This document shows positions 47,559 through 58,975 of a stretch of 64,000 nt of DNA, one piece after another. The number at the start of each line of letters is the position of its first letter. Position 1 is the first letter of the stretch. The position numbers and the translations under genes were made by a program. The notes beneath the pieces were generated by a model. The model had not been told where the DNA came from. It saw only the letters and a list, made by a program, of their open reading frames with translations, and did no database searches. This stretch comes from a bacterium (lineage in GTDB: Bacteria; Vulcanimicrobiota; Xenobia; Xenobiales; Xenobiaceae): NCBI GenBank assembly GCA_017458675.1, contig JAFTAM010000096.1:10210-74209 (forward strand). Direction: 5' to 3'.

Positions 47559-48668
47559 TTTCTTGGGCAGATATTCTTTATCGAACCATTCGCTGAAGCG
47601 TTCGGCCCAATAGGCGTGGACAAAGGCGTTGGGATGAAAGCCGGATTTCTGCAGGACGCGATATTCCGGATCTTCAATTTTGGCAAAGGCTATATCGACT
47701 TTGGGACTTTTGATGCCGATATTGGGAAAGACTTCGCTGACAATTTTTTTCTCCAATGCAAAGATTGCAAAATCGCTGTTGTGTGCGCGGCAAAGCTTCT
47801 CCATTTCCCGAATCTGATAGGCGTAAGCTTTTTTCCAGTTTTCTTTTATGATCTCTTTTCTGTCTGTATGGGTGCTGTAATTATAGGGTCCGTTCAGACT
47901 TAAACAGAAGCGCCATATTAAATCGAGGCACAGCAGGCGGTTTCGGCAGGGCCATTCATCGTTGAAGCTGTTGTAATTGTGCCAGCGGCCAAATAAGTTC
48001 TCAGCTGAATAGGGGGCTATAATATATAGACTGTTGGGAGTCAGTTTCCCGCTGTGAACGTGGGCATAGGCATTGGACAGGAGGTTTCCGTAATTAATAT
48101 TGTAGCAGATTAAGTCATATTGATTATGTGAGAAAACATGCTTTTTTAAGTGCTCAGTACATTGCAGAGGACCGTATCCGGGCACGGCAAAGTTGTCAAA
48201 TGTTATATCGGGATATTTTTCATTGAGCTTCCAGACCATAGTATCCCGATCTCTTACACCTTCTCCAAACGTGTAGGAGCCGTTGATAAAGGCCACGTTA
48301 ATTTTTGTCTTTTTCTCAGGATTGGGGCGGCTGGCTCGCATGAGTGCGGGCCATACCGTCATGGTGACGGAAGGATCCTCTTTGCTTTTATGTTCGCCGG
48401 GACTGACAGACCAACCGTTGAGTTTAACAAAGCTTCTCTCTGTATAAACAGCGGTATGATTTATTCTTATTGAGACAGGGTAGAACTTGTCTAATTCGCT
48501 GCGCCAGTCTAAGCGAATGCCTTGAAAAAAAAGCATTATTTCAGCAGACAATAACGGAAGCAAGATAAAGCTTAAGAGCATTAAGACTGTATTTAACGTA
48601 TTTTTTAAAAGCTTCAGCATGTATGTTATATAATCGGCTGAGTTTGAATAACGTCTGCCCTCTTTCAC
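47547..48668 (-). CDS. Hypothetical membrane-anchored protein, possibly SGNH/GDSL-like hydrolase or acyltransferase
   Basis: 373 aa with an N-terminal TM helix. Asn/Tyr-rich and AT-rich codon usage unlike its neighbours. No firm motif. Confidence 0.45.
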   Translation of the reverse strand: MKEGRRYSNSADYITYMLKLLKNTLNTVLMLLSFILLPLLSAEIMLFFQGIRLDWRSELDKFYPVSIRINHTAVYTERSFVKLNGWSVSPGEHKSKEDPSVTMTVWPALMRASRPNPEKKTKINVAFINGSYTFGEGVRDRDTMVWKLNEKYPDITFDNFAVPGYGPLQCTEHLKKHVFSHNQYDLICYNINYGNLLSNAYAHVHSGKLTPNSLYIIAPYSAENLFGRWHNYNSFNDEWPCRNRLLCLDLIWRFCLSLNGPYNYSTHTDRKEIIKENWKKAYAYQIREMEKLCRAHNSDFAIFALEKKIVSEVFPNIGIKSPKVDIAFAKIEDPEYRVLQKSGFHPNAFVHAYWAERFSEWFDKEYLPKKSMP

Positions 48669-48808
48669 TCTTTATAAGCAAATATTATAGCATAATTCGG
48701 CGATGAACTGCGGCTTAGCCGCCGAATCGGCGGAAAGTAAAACGGAAGCTGCGTCAAAGCTATAGTTAGGTTTTCGGTTATCATAATGAAAATTGAGGGC
48801 GTGCGTAT

Positions 48809-49612
48809 ATGTCGGCGGAAGGAAAAATAACATTTCAGAAATGGCAGGGATTGGGCAACGATTTTGTGATGCTTCTGGGCGAACCGGACGCGGAAAGCGG
48901 AAAGCTGGCGCGTAAAATCTGCTCCCGCAGGCTGGGCGTAGGAGCGGACGGCCTGATTTATCTTTGTACCGAAGGCGATAAGCTCAGGATGAAAATTTAT
49001 AATGCCGACGGCAGTTTAGCTAAGATGTGCGGCAACGGCATCCGCTGCCTGGCGGCGATGGCCTGCCGCGAGGGGATGCTGCGGAAGGGAGAAAACGCCG
49101 AAATTGTAACTGACAGCGGCCTGCGCCGGGCTGAAGTAATGGGGGAGCGGCCTTATTTTGTAAAGGTCGATATGGGAGAACCCCAAATTTTGTCAAGTTC
49201 TGAGGTCGAGCTGAAAAGCGGAAGCTTATGCAGAAGCGTGCGGGTAGACATGGGCAATCCTCATTGGGTGATATTTTTGCCCGAAAGGGCCGATTTGGAC
49301 AGTTTTCCTGTCGCCGCAGAGGGAAAGCGCCTGGAGAATTCTGTGGAGGGCGGCATAAACGTGGAATTTGTCTGCGCGGAAACGCCGCATAAGCTGAATA
49401 TGCGGGTCTGGGAGCGCGGAGTCGGAGAAACTATGGCCTGCGGCACCGGCGCCTGCGCGGTTCTGGCGGCGGCGCGTTTTCAGAAGCTGAGTTCGGCTAA
49501 GGCGGACGTTATTCTGCCCGGCGGAATACTGCAGATCCTCTGGGAAGAGGGCGGGCATATATTTATGACCGGGGGAGCGGAGCAGGTGTTTGAAGGCGAG
49601 TATTTTGTATAA
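48809..49612 (+). CDS. dapF: Diaminopimelate epimerase
   Basis: 267 aa. GLGNDFVM and the two catalytic Cys contexts (MCGNGIRC, ACGTGACA). Confidence 0.9.
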   Translation: MSAEGKITFQKWQGLGNDFVMLLGEPDAESGKLARKICSRRLGVGADGLIYLCTEGDKLRMKIYNADGSLAKMCGNGIRCLAAMACREGMLRKGENAEIVTDSGLRRAEVMGERPYFVKVDMGEPQILSSSEVELKSGSLCRSVRVDMGNPHWVIFLPERADLDSFPVAAEGKRLENSVEGGINVEFVCAETPHKLNMRVWERGVGETMACGTGACAVLAAARFQKLSSAKADVILPGGILQILWEEGGHIFMTGGAEQVFEGEYFV

Positions 49613-49640
49613 ACTTGATGTAAAAAGGAGCGTAATACCT

Positions 49641-50756
49641 ATGAATTCAGCGTGCAAAAAGCTGGCGGAAGCGCTGGTTAAGGAAAATATCGAGGGCATG
49701 ATAATTACCTCGGCTGCGAATATCCGTTATTTCTCCGGCTTTGCCAGCGAGGACGGCTGGGTCTTTGTCGGCAGAGGGGGCGCGGCGCTGATAACCGACG
49801 GCCGCTATTGGGATGATGTGACGGCCAAGCTTCCGGATGTGGAGCTGGTAAAATATGTGGCCGCCCGAGACGGCTCTTTGAACCTCTGTCTGGCCGGCTG
49901 GCTCAGAAGCAAAGGCGTAAGCGGCAGTATTGCCTTTGAGGGCGATACGATCTCCTTGGCCGATTTCCACAGCATTGAGCGGCTGCTCATGGCCGGAGTT
50001 GTCAAGGATCTGATCAACAAATCGGATTTAATAAGCGATCTGCGTTTAATAAAGACGGAAGCGGAACTGCGCGGCATTGCCAAAGCGGCCGCGGCTGCCG
50101 ACGCGGCCTGGCGGAGAGCTCTGCCCGCCTTTAAAGAGGGCGTAAGCGAAGCCGATTTCTGCGCCGAGCTCGAATACTGCATGCAGAAGTGCGGAGCCCG
50201 CAAGCCTTCTTTCGATACCATCGTCGCTTCCGGCATAAACGGCGCTTATCCCCATGCTACCGTTACCGATAAGGTCATTAAAAGAGGCGAGCTGGTGACG
50301 GTAGACTTCGGCTGCATCGTCGACGGCTGGTGCAGCGATATCACCAGGACCGTGTGGCTGGGAGATCTAGACGAAAAATCCCTGAAGATCTGGCAGACGG
50401 TGCGCCGGGCTCACGATACGGCTCTGGAGAGCGTAAAAGCCGGCATAGGCTGCGCCGATCTCGATAAAATAGCCCGCGATATTATTGCCGAAGCCGGTTT
50501 CGGCGAATATTTCAACCATAGCCTGGGACACGGAGTGGGCTTAGCCGTGCATGAGAGGCCGGGACTGCGCAATACCTCCGAGGAAATTCTGGCTCCGGGC
50601 ATGACGGCGACGATTGAGCCCGGCATTTATATTCCCGGCTTCAGCGGCTGCCGCATCGAAGATTTGGTCTATGTTAAGGCTGACGGCTATGAGCGGCTGA
50701 GCCGCGCTCCTTACCAGATTCCCGGACAGGCTCATCCTCTGGAGGCTTATAAATAA
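49641..50756 (+). CDS. M24-family Xaa-Pro aminopeptidase
   Basis: ATG at 49641 with AAAGGAG RBS. N-terminal creatinase-like domain. Pita-bread metal ligands (DFG...D...HSLGHGVGLAVHE...E...E). Confidence 0.85.
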   Translation: MNSACKKLAEALVKENIEGMIITSAANIRYFSGFASEDGWVFVGRGGAALITDGRYWDDVTAKLPDVELVKYVAARDGSLNLCLAGWLRSKGVSGSIAFEGDTISLADFHSIERLLMAGVVKDLINKSDLISDLRLIKTEAELRGIAKAAAAADAAWRRALPAFKEGVSEADFCAELEYCMQKCGARKPSFDTIVASGINGAYPHATVTDKVIKRGELVTVDFGCIVDGWCSDITRTVWLGDLDEKSLKIWQTVRRAHDTALESVKAGIGCADLDKIARDIIAEAGFGEYFNHSLGHGVGLAVHERPGLRNTSEEILAPGMTATIEPGIYIPGFSGCRIEDLVYVKADGYERLSRAPYQIPGQAHPLEAYK

Positions 50757-50970
50757 AGGTTTTGAAAAGAGCGTCCGTCGGCAGGCGGCAGCGGGGGGCG
50801 CTGGGCTGACGTGCACCTGTACGGTCGGCCGGCAGGCGGCTTACGGTCGGAGGCTCGGAAGGGTATGCAGGCCGGGCGCTCTGCGCTATAATAAATTGAT
50901 TCAAGGCGTTTCGCCGGCCGCTGCGTTTTATGGCGGAGCAGGCTAGGGCGAGATTAGAAACGGAGATAAT

Positions 50971-53175
<2,205 letters not shown>

Positions 53176-53289
53176 GTTTTCGGCATAAGAGCCGGAGGCT
53201 GCGGAGGGAATGTCACTGTACGGGGCCTGCGCAGCCGGATATGTTGGGCTGAAAATTTTATGTTGTCGTTCAGTCCGGCGACCGCATTT

Positions 53290-53445
53290 TGTCATGCTGA
53301 GAGGGCGAAGAAGCTTGTCTTTTTCGGCGGCCGCCATCGGCAGGCTTGGGGCGAAAGAAGCTTTGTCATTTTGAGCGCGCAGCAAAGAATCTGATATTTT
53401 AGGCAGGAAAAAGTCTGCTCCGGAAGTTCAGGATGACAGGGACCG
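53290..53445. repeat. Cluster of three REP-like element copies (two direct, one inverted partial) upstream of the RM island
   Basis: GTCATGCTGAGAGGGCGAAGAAGCT at 53290, GTCATTTTGAGCGCGCAGCAAAGAATCT at 53354, and an inverted CAGGATGACAG at about 53430. Confidence 0.5.
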
Positions 53446-53590
53446 CAAATTTTGCTTATATTATAAGTATAGGTCAGTATCTTTATCATACTTATGCGAC
53501 ATATATTTGTGCCGTTTCGTTTGTTTTTATTCAACGCAGCGTATTCGGTTTGCGTTGGCATATCTCTTAGAAAGCAGTCGGTAAATAGTT

Positions 53591-54604
53591 TTGAAAATAA
53601 ATAATCGCCGATATTTAGGCAATAAATATAAACTGCTTCCTTTTATTAAGAAGATTATTTCAGAAGAATGTGTCGACGTTAAGACCTTTTTTGATGTGTT
53701 TGCAGGTACTGGGGCGGTGGCGTCAGCTTTTTTAGATAAAGAACTGATAGTAAACGATATTTTATACAGCAATTATCTGGCCCATTTAACCTGGTTAAGC
53801 GCAGAAGCTTATAGCGGAGAAAAAATAGCCGCTTGCATAGATTTTTACAACAGTCTGAAAGATATAGCTTCCGATAATTATATGTCTGTAAATTTTGCCA
53901 ATACCTATTTTTCTTATGAAGTTTGTAAGAAAATCGGTTTTATAAGAGAGGATATTGAACAGAAATTTGCGGCAGGCTGTTTAAACAGGCGCGAACATGC
54001 AATGTTGGTGACTTCGCTGCTGTATGCTATAGATAAAATCGCCAATACCTGCGGTCATTACGATGCTTATCGTAAGAACGTTAGTTACTCGAATAACTTT
54101 ATTATGGAAGTTCCGGAAATAGAAAAGGAAGGTCTAAAGAGCAACAGCTTTTATACTGAAGATTCCAACGAGCTTGTAAAGAGAATTGTTTGTGACTTGG
54201 CTTATTTAGACCCTCCCTATAACAGCCGCCAATATTGTGATGCCTACCATTTACCGGAAAATATCGCCAGGTGGGAAAAACCGAAGGTCTACGGAGTTGC
54301 AGGGAAGATGGATCGCAGCGGTTTGAAAAGCGCTTACTGTACTCAAAAGGCTGTATCGGCCTTTGCTGATTTAATTAGCAAGCTGCGCTGCAGATATATA
54401 GTGCTTTCTTATAATAATACAGGCGAAGGCGCAGATGGCAGAAGTAATGCTAAAATAAGCGATGACGCAATAATGCGCATTCTATCGGCAAAGGGGCAAG
54501 TTACGGTGTTTTCTCAGTCATATAAAGCCTTTTCTGCCGGAAAGTCTGAGAATAATCATAATCAGGAAAGGCTGTTTTTATGCAAAGTCAATGCCAAATC
54601 ATAG
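53591..54604 (+). CDS. D12-class N6-adenine DNA methyltransferase (M1) of a Type IIS-like RM system
   Basis: 337 aa. Dam-family motifs: N-terminal RYLGNKYKLLP (SAM-binding) and the catalytic DPPY (LAYLDPPYN). AT-rich. Confidence 0.85.
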   Translation: MKINNRRYLGNKYKLLPFIKKIISEECVDVKTFFDVFAGTGAVASAFLDKELIVNDILYSNYLAHLTWLSAEAYSGEKIAACIDFYNSLKDIASDNYMSVNFANTYFSYEVCKKIGFIREDIEQKFAAGCLNRREHAMLVTSLLYAIDKIANTCGHYDAYRKNVSYSNNFIMEVPEIEKEGLKSNSFYTEDSNELVKRIVCDLAYLDPPYNSRQYCDAYHLPENIARWEKPKVYGVAGKMDRSGLKSAYCTQKAVSAFADLISKLRCRYIVLSYNNTGEGADGRSNAKISDDAIMRILSAKGQVTVFSQSYKAFSAGKSENNHNQERLFLCKVNAKS

Positions 54605-55503
54605 CTTCACCTTTAAATTATACCGGCGGAAAGGCCAGACTGTTTCCGCAGATTAGACCTTTATTTCCTGATTATATTAATACTTTTGTCGATCTTTTCT
54701 GTGGCGGCTGTAATGTAGGTATAAATACAAAAGCTGAACGGTATTATTATAATGATATATCCGAACCTTTAATTGGCCTTTATCAAACCTTTCTTGAAGT
54801 TTCAGAGGATGAACTAATAAGCGATTTTGATAGAATCATCAACAGTTATAATTTATCAGACAGTACAAAGCACACCTACGAATATTATTCCTGCAACAGT
54901 TCTGAAGGCTTGGCTGCTTATAATAAGAGCAAATTTGAAAATATAAGAGACGATTTCAATGCTCTCACCCAAAAAGATAAATACTATTATGAGCTGTTCT
55001 ATATGCTTATTGTTTTCGGATTTAACAATCAGATTCGTTTTAATAAGAATGGACAGTTTAATTTACCAGTAGGTAAAAGAGATTTTAATTTTAAGATACG
55101 AAGAAAGCTATCAGCTTTTTTAAAGGTCTTGAAAAAACAGAAGCCTGTAATTACTAATATCCATTTTAATGATTACGATATGTCTCATTTGAATGATGAT
55201 TGCTTTGTCTATTGCGATCCTCCTTATCTGATTGCTACAGCGGCATATAATGAAAATGGTAAGTGGACTGAAAAGGAGGAATATGAATTATTGGGTCTTT
55301 TGGATAGACTGAACGCAAAGAAGCTTCGTTTTGCTTTGTCAAATGTATTAAGTCATAAGGGCAAAGAGAACAAACTGCTAAAGCGGTGGACTGAGAAAAA
55401 CAGATATAAGGTTCATCATTTAAATTTTGGTTATACGAACTCAAATTATCATACTAAGGATAAAGTAAATCTCTCCGATGAAGTTTTAATAGTGAATTAT
55501 TAA
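54580..55503 (+). CDS. Second D12-class N6-adenine DNA methyltransferase (M2)
   Basis: 307 aa. LNYTGGKARL and VYCDPPYL motifs. Overlaps M1 by 25 nt. Confidence 0.85.
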   Translation: MQSQCQIIASPLNYTGGKARLFPQIRPLFPDYINTFVDLFCGGCNVGINTKAERYYYNDISEPLIGLYQTFLEVSEDELISDFDRIINSYNLSDSTKHTYEYYSCNSSEGLAAYNKSKFENIRDDFNALTQKDKYYYELFYMLIVFGFNNQIRFNKNGQFNLPVGKRDFNFKIRRKLSAFLKVLKKQKPVITNIHFNDYDMSHLNDDCFVYCDPPYLIATAAYNENGKWTEKEEYELLGLLDRLNAKKLRFALSNVLSHKGKENKLLKRWTEKNRYKVHHLNFGYTNSNYHTKDKVNLSDEVLIVNY

Positions 55504-55516
55504 GGTTGGTGAAATT

Positions 55517-57334
55517 ATGGAAACTTTGTGGAGTATGAGTACGACGGTTCGTGAAGCGGAAAGAATAATTGGATTTTTGCAGACCGCTTTAGAGCTGGAT
55601 GGTGAAGTCTGGAATAAAGATAATCAAAAAAAATTTCAGATTTTACTGATAAAAAACAGACAGTATCTAAATGATCCGGACAATACGCAGTCATTCAGTA
55701 AGCTGTCGGCAGAACAAGTCTCGTTACTTAAAGATAAATCTGTACGAATGACTTACGAACAGGCGAAAGAGATATTTGAAGCCAAAGATTATAATGATCC
55801 TCCTATGCGCGGCAGACAGTCGATGTCTCCTTTAACAAAATTAGGTTTGGTCTATATTGAAAAAGATAAAAGGGTGGCAGTGTCTGATGTAGGGCATAGA
55901 TTGATCAATGGGGATATTGATTTCTCTGATTTTATGTTGGAAGCGCTTTTAAAATTTCAGTATCCCAATCCTTATGAAAGCGGTTTTAAAACTTGGGATA
56001 CAAAGCCGTTTATAAATACTCTTCGTTTAATTAAGCTTGTAAACGAAAAATGCAGAGAAAACGGTTTAAAGGAAAAAGGAATTTCCAAAATTGAATTTGG
56101 CATATTCGCTTTATCGCTGCAGTCGTTTGAACTGGTTGAAAAAACTGCGGCTGAAATTTTAGAATTCAGAAAGATGTATGAAGCTTATACCGATGAAGCG
56201 TTAAGAGATAAATATATAAGCGATTATATTAAGGAGTATTTAGGCGCATTTAAAAATCCTGAAAAAAATATCAAAGAATATACCGATAATATGATTCGTT
56301 ATTTAAGGTTGACAAAATATATTTACATCAGAGGTAAATATGCTAACACCTATATCGACCTTGAACCCAGAAGAATGACTGAGATTAATTCCATATTGGA
56401 GGCAGATGATGGAAGCGCACAAGCTTTTTCAGATGAAGAGTGGCGTAACTATATGGGTATATACGGAAAGTATAGTTTGCCGTTTGAAACTGTCGAAAAA
56501 CTGTCAGAAATAGTCCAGGGTATTCAGCATGATATCAATAGAATAGAAGGTAAAATTGGCTTAAAACTTACAAGGATAGAATTATGCAGTCAAAAAGAAG
56601 CTTTGAAGCAACAGATAGATAAGCTGAGATTATACAGAACTGAGCTGCAGAATCTGGAACTAAAGAAAGATTATCACGAAGATATTAAAAAAATTGAAGA
56701 AGCTATAGAATCATTAGAAGAGATAAGAAAACGCAATAAAGCCGGGTTGTCAAAAAAATTCTCCATAGAATTGGAAAAATGGGCCAATGTCGCTTTAAAT
56801 GTTATAAACGACGCCATACTTATTAAACCAAACTATCCCGTCGGCGACGATAATGAACCGATTTATACTGCTCCGAACGGGGCGCCTGATATAGAATGCT
56901 ATTACGATAGTTTTGGAGCAATATGTGAAGTTACCATGCTGACGAGCAGAGATCAATGGTACAATGAGGGCCAGCCGGTAATGCGTCATCTGCGACAGTT
57001 TGAAGTCAAAAACAGCCGTTTGCCTAACTACTGCTTATTTGTGGCGCCTTCTTTACATATAGACACCGTAAACACTTTTTATATGTCTGTAAAATATGAA
57101 TATGAAGGTGCAGCGCAAAAGATTATTCCTATAACGATTTCGCAGTTAGAAAATATTTTAGAGGCAGTTAAGCAATTGATTATAAAAGGGAAAACTTTAC
57201 CGCATTCTGAGATAATGAAACTGTATGATCGCTGCTGCAGTATTGCCGGCTTGAGCAGCTCGAAATTATGGTTAGAACATATTGCAAAAGAATTAAATTC
57301 CTGGTTTGAAGGGCTGGCTGCTTTGGCAGTATAG
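55517..57334 (+). CDS. Putative Type IIS restriction endonuclease or nicking enzyme of the AlwI/PleI/MlyI/N.BstNBI family
   Basis: 605 aa, which matches the size of N.BstNBI/PleI. A PD...(D/E)xK-like segment (APDIECYYDSFGAICEVT). Sits downstream of two Dam-like MTases, the signature arrangement of asymmetric-site IIS systems. Confidence 0.55.
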   Translation: METLWSMSTTVREAERIIGFLQTALELDGEVWNKDNQKKFQILLIKNRQYLNDPDNTQSFSKLSAEQVSLLKDKSVRMTYEQAKEIFEAKDYNDPPMRGRQSMSPLTKLGLVYIEKDKRVAVSDVGHRLINGDIDFSDFMLEALLKFQYPNPYESGFKTWDTKPFINTLRLIKLVNEKCRENGLKEKGISKIEFGIFALSLQSFELVEKTAAEILEFRKMYEAYTDEALRDKYISDYIKEYLGAFKNPEKNIKEYTDNMIRYLRLTKYIYIRGKYANTYIDLEPRRMTEINSILEADDGSAQAFSDEEWRNYMGIYGKYSLPFETVEKLSEIVQGIQHDINRIEGKIGLKLTRIELCSQKEALKQQIDKLRLYRTELQNLELKKDYHEDIKKIEEAIESLEEIRKRNKAGLSKKFSIELEKWANVALNVINDAILIKPNYPVGDDNEPIYTAPNGAPDIECYYDSFGAICEVTMLTSRDQWYNEGQPVMRHLRQFEVKNSRLPNYCLFVAPSLHIDTVNTFYMSVKYEYEGAAQKIIPITISQLENILEAVKQLIIKGKTLPHSEIMKLYDRCCSIAGLSSSKLWLEHIAKELNSWFEGLAALAV

Positions 57335-57335
57335 A

Positions 57336-57380
57336 TAAAAAACTGCCGTCTCCTTATGGCTGGGAGGCGGCAGTTTTACT
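57336..57380. terminator. Bidirectional terminator between the RM island and the convergent NAPRT gene
   Basis: A-run-AACTGCCGTCTCC-TTATGGCT-GGGAGGCGGCAGTT-TTAC. Confidence 0.55.
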
Positions 57381-57391
57381 TTGCGTTTGCG

Positions 57392-58975
57392 CTAATCTTC
57401 GAGACGGTCGCGGAACTTTTTAATGAGCTCCACCTTGGCGTCCAGCAGCTTGGTGGTCAGGGACACGTGATAGATATGGGGATTGTGCATGCGCAGAACG
57501 CCGGTGTCGAGGTAGTTGAGGTCGGCGGTGCGGTTGGCCTTCAGCTCCTGCAGAGAGGGAGCGGGACGGGTGCGGCCGCCCTTGTCCCAGACGGTCTGGA
57601 GCAGCGGCTCGACCCGGCTGATTTCCTGTCTCTTTAAGCGGCGCATGACGTCTTTTTCGACGGGATGATGGAGTTCGAGGACCTCTTCGGAGGCGGGTTC
57701 CTCGTCGGCGAAGCCCACCAGATCGGCGGTGGCGCGGCCGCGGCTGTCGTAGATGCGCCAGGCGGTCTTGTGGCCGGGATTGATGAGCTTGGCTATAGAG
57801 TTGGAGAACTTCATGGCCGGGACCCATTTGCCGTCGACCTGCAGGGCCACCAGCTTATAGACGCCGCCCAGGGCGGACTGGCCGTCTGAGGTTATCAGGC
57901 GGGTGCCCACTCCGTAGGTCAGCCTGTCGATGACCTTCTGAGGATCGGCGCCGTTTCGGGGAGCGTCCTCGCGGATCTGTATATTGATCTGGTTGATGGT
58001 CATTTCGTCCAGGTCGTTGGATAAAACTATGCAGGCCTTGGGGAAGCCGGCTTCGTCAAGAACCTTGGAGACCTGAATGGCCAGATAAGCCAGGTCGCCC
58101 GAATCGAGGCGCACGCCGACAGGCTCATAGCCTTTGGAGCGCAGGTTCTTAAAGACTTTAATGGCGTTGGGCAGACCGCTCTTCAAGCTGTCGATGGTGT
58201 CGATCAGGAGCAGGCAGTTGTCGGGATAGAGATCGGCGTAGGCCTGGAAGGCCTCGTATTCGCTCTTGCCCAGGGCCAGCCAGGTCTGGACCATAGCATG
58301 GGAGTGTGTACCCTTGGGAGGCAGGCCCATGGCGTAGGACTGACCGACGTTGGAGGTATAGTCGCAGCCTCCGATAACAGCCGCTCTGGCCCCGAAGTTG
58401 CCTCCGTAGCCGTGGGCGCGGCGCAGACCGAATTCCATCAGGAGCTTGCTGCCGCAGCTGTGGCGGATGCGGGAGGCTTTAGTGGCGATTAAGGTCTGAA
58501 AGTTGATGATATTTAAAAGGGTGGTTTCCAGAATCTGGGCCATGGCCAGGGGACCTTCGACCATGGTTATCGGCACGTTGGGATGGATTACCCGGCCTTC
58601 GGCCATAGCTTTGACGGTGAGCTTTCTGAAATTTCCCTCTTTTCTGAGCCAGTCCAGAAATTCGGGACAGAAGACGGGATTGCCCTTAGCGTCCTTTTCA
58701 CCGGCTAAATAGTGCAGATCGTTATCGTCAAAATGAGCTTCTTTCATCCAGTCCAGCAGCGATTCCAGACCGGCGTATATGCAATATCCGGCCTTGTGGC
58801 CGCCGTAGTTGGGATATTGGCGGAAGAAGTGGTCGAAATGGGCTCTCTGCTCATGAATGCCGGCTTTGAAATAAAGCTGCGCCATGGTCAGCTGATACAT
58901 GTCGGTAAACAGAATGCCCTGAGTAAGGCGGTTTAGCGTTTGCTGATCCATAAAAGATACAGGTCCCTTTCTCAA
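57392..58975 (-). CDS. pncB: Nicotinate phosphoribosyltransferase (large, eukaryote-like NAPRT type)
   Basis: 527 aa. N-terminal LFTDMYQLTMAQ, a central GTHSHAM-containing TIM-barrel-like region. Stop/start overlap with the hexokinase gene (ATGA). Confidence 0.85.
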   Translation of the reverse strand: MRKGPVSFMDQQTLNRLTQGILFTDMYQLTMAQLYFKAGIHEQRAHFDHFFRQYPNYGGHKAGYCIYAGLESLLDWMKEAHFDDNDLHYLAGEKDAKGNPVFCPEFLDWLRKEGNFRKLTVKAMAEGRVIHPNVPITMVEGPLAMAQILETTLLNIINFQTLIATKASRIRHSCGSKLLMEFGLRRAHGYGGNFGARAAVIGGCDYTSNVGQSYAMGLPPKGTHSHAMVQTWLALGKSEYEAFQAYADLYPDNCLLLIDTIDSLKSGLPNAIKVFKNLRSKGYEPVGVRLDSGDLAYLAIQVSKVLDEAGFPKACIVLSNDLDEMTINQINIQIREDAPRNGADPQKVIDRLTYGVGTRLITSDGQSALGGVYKLVALQVDGKWVPAMKFSNSIAKLINPGHKTAWRIYDSRGRATADLVGFADEEPASEEVLELHHPVEKDVMRRLKRQEISRVEPLLQTVWDKGGRTRPAPSLQELKANRTADLNYLDTGVLRMHNPHIYHVSLTTKLLDAKVELIKKFRDRLED

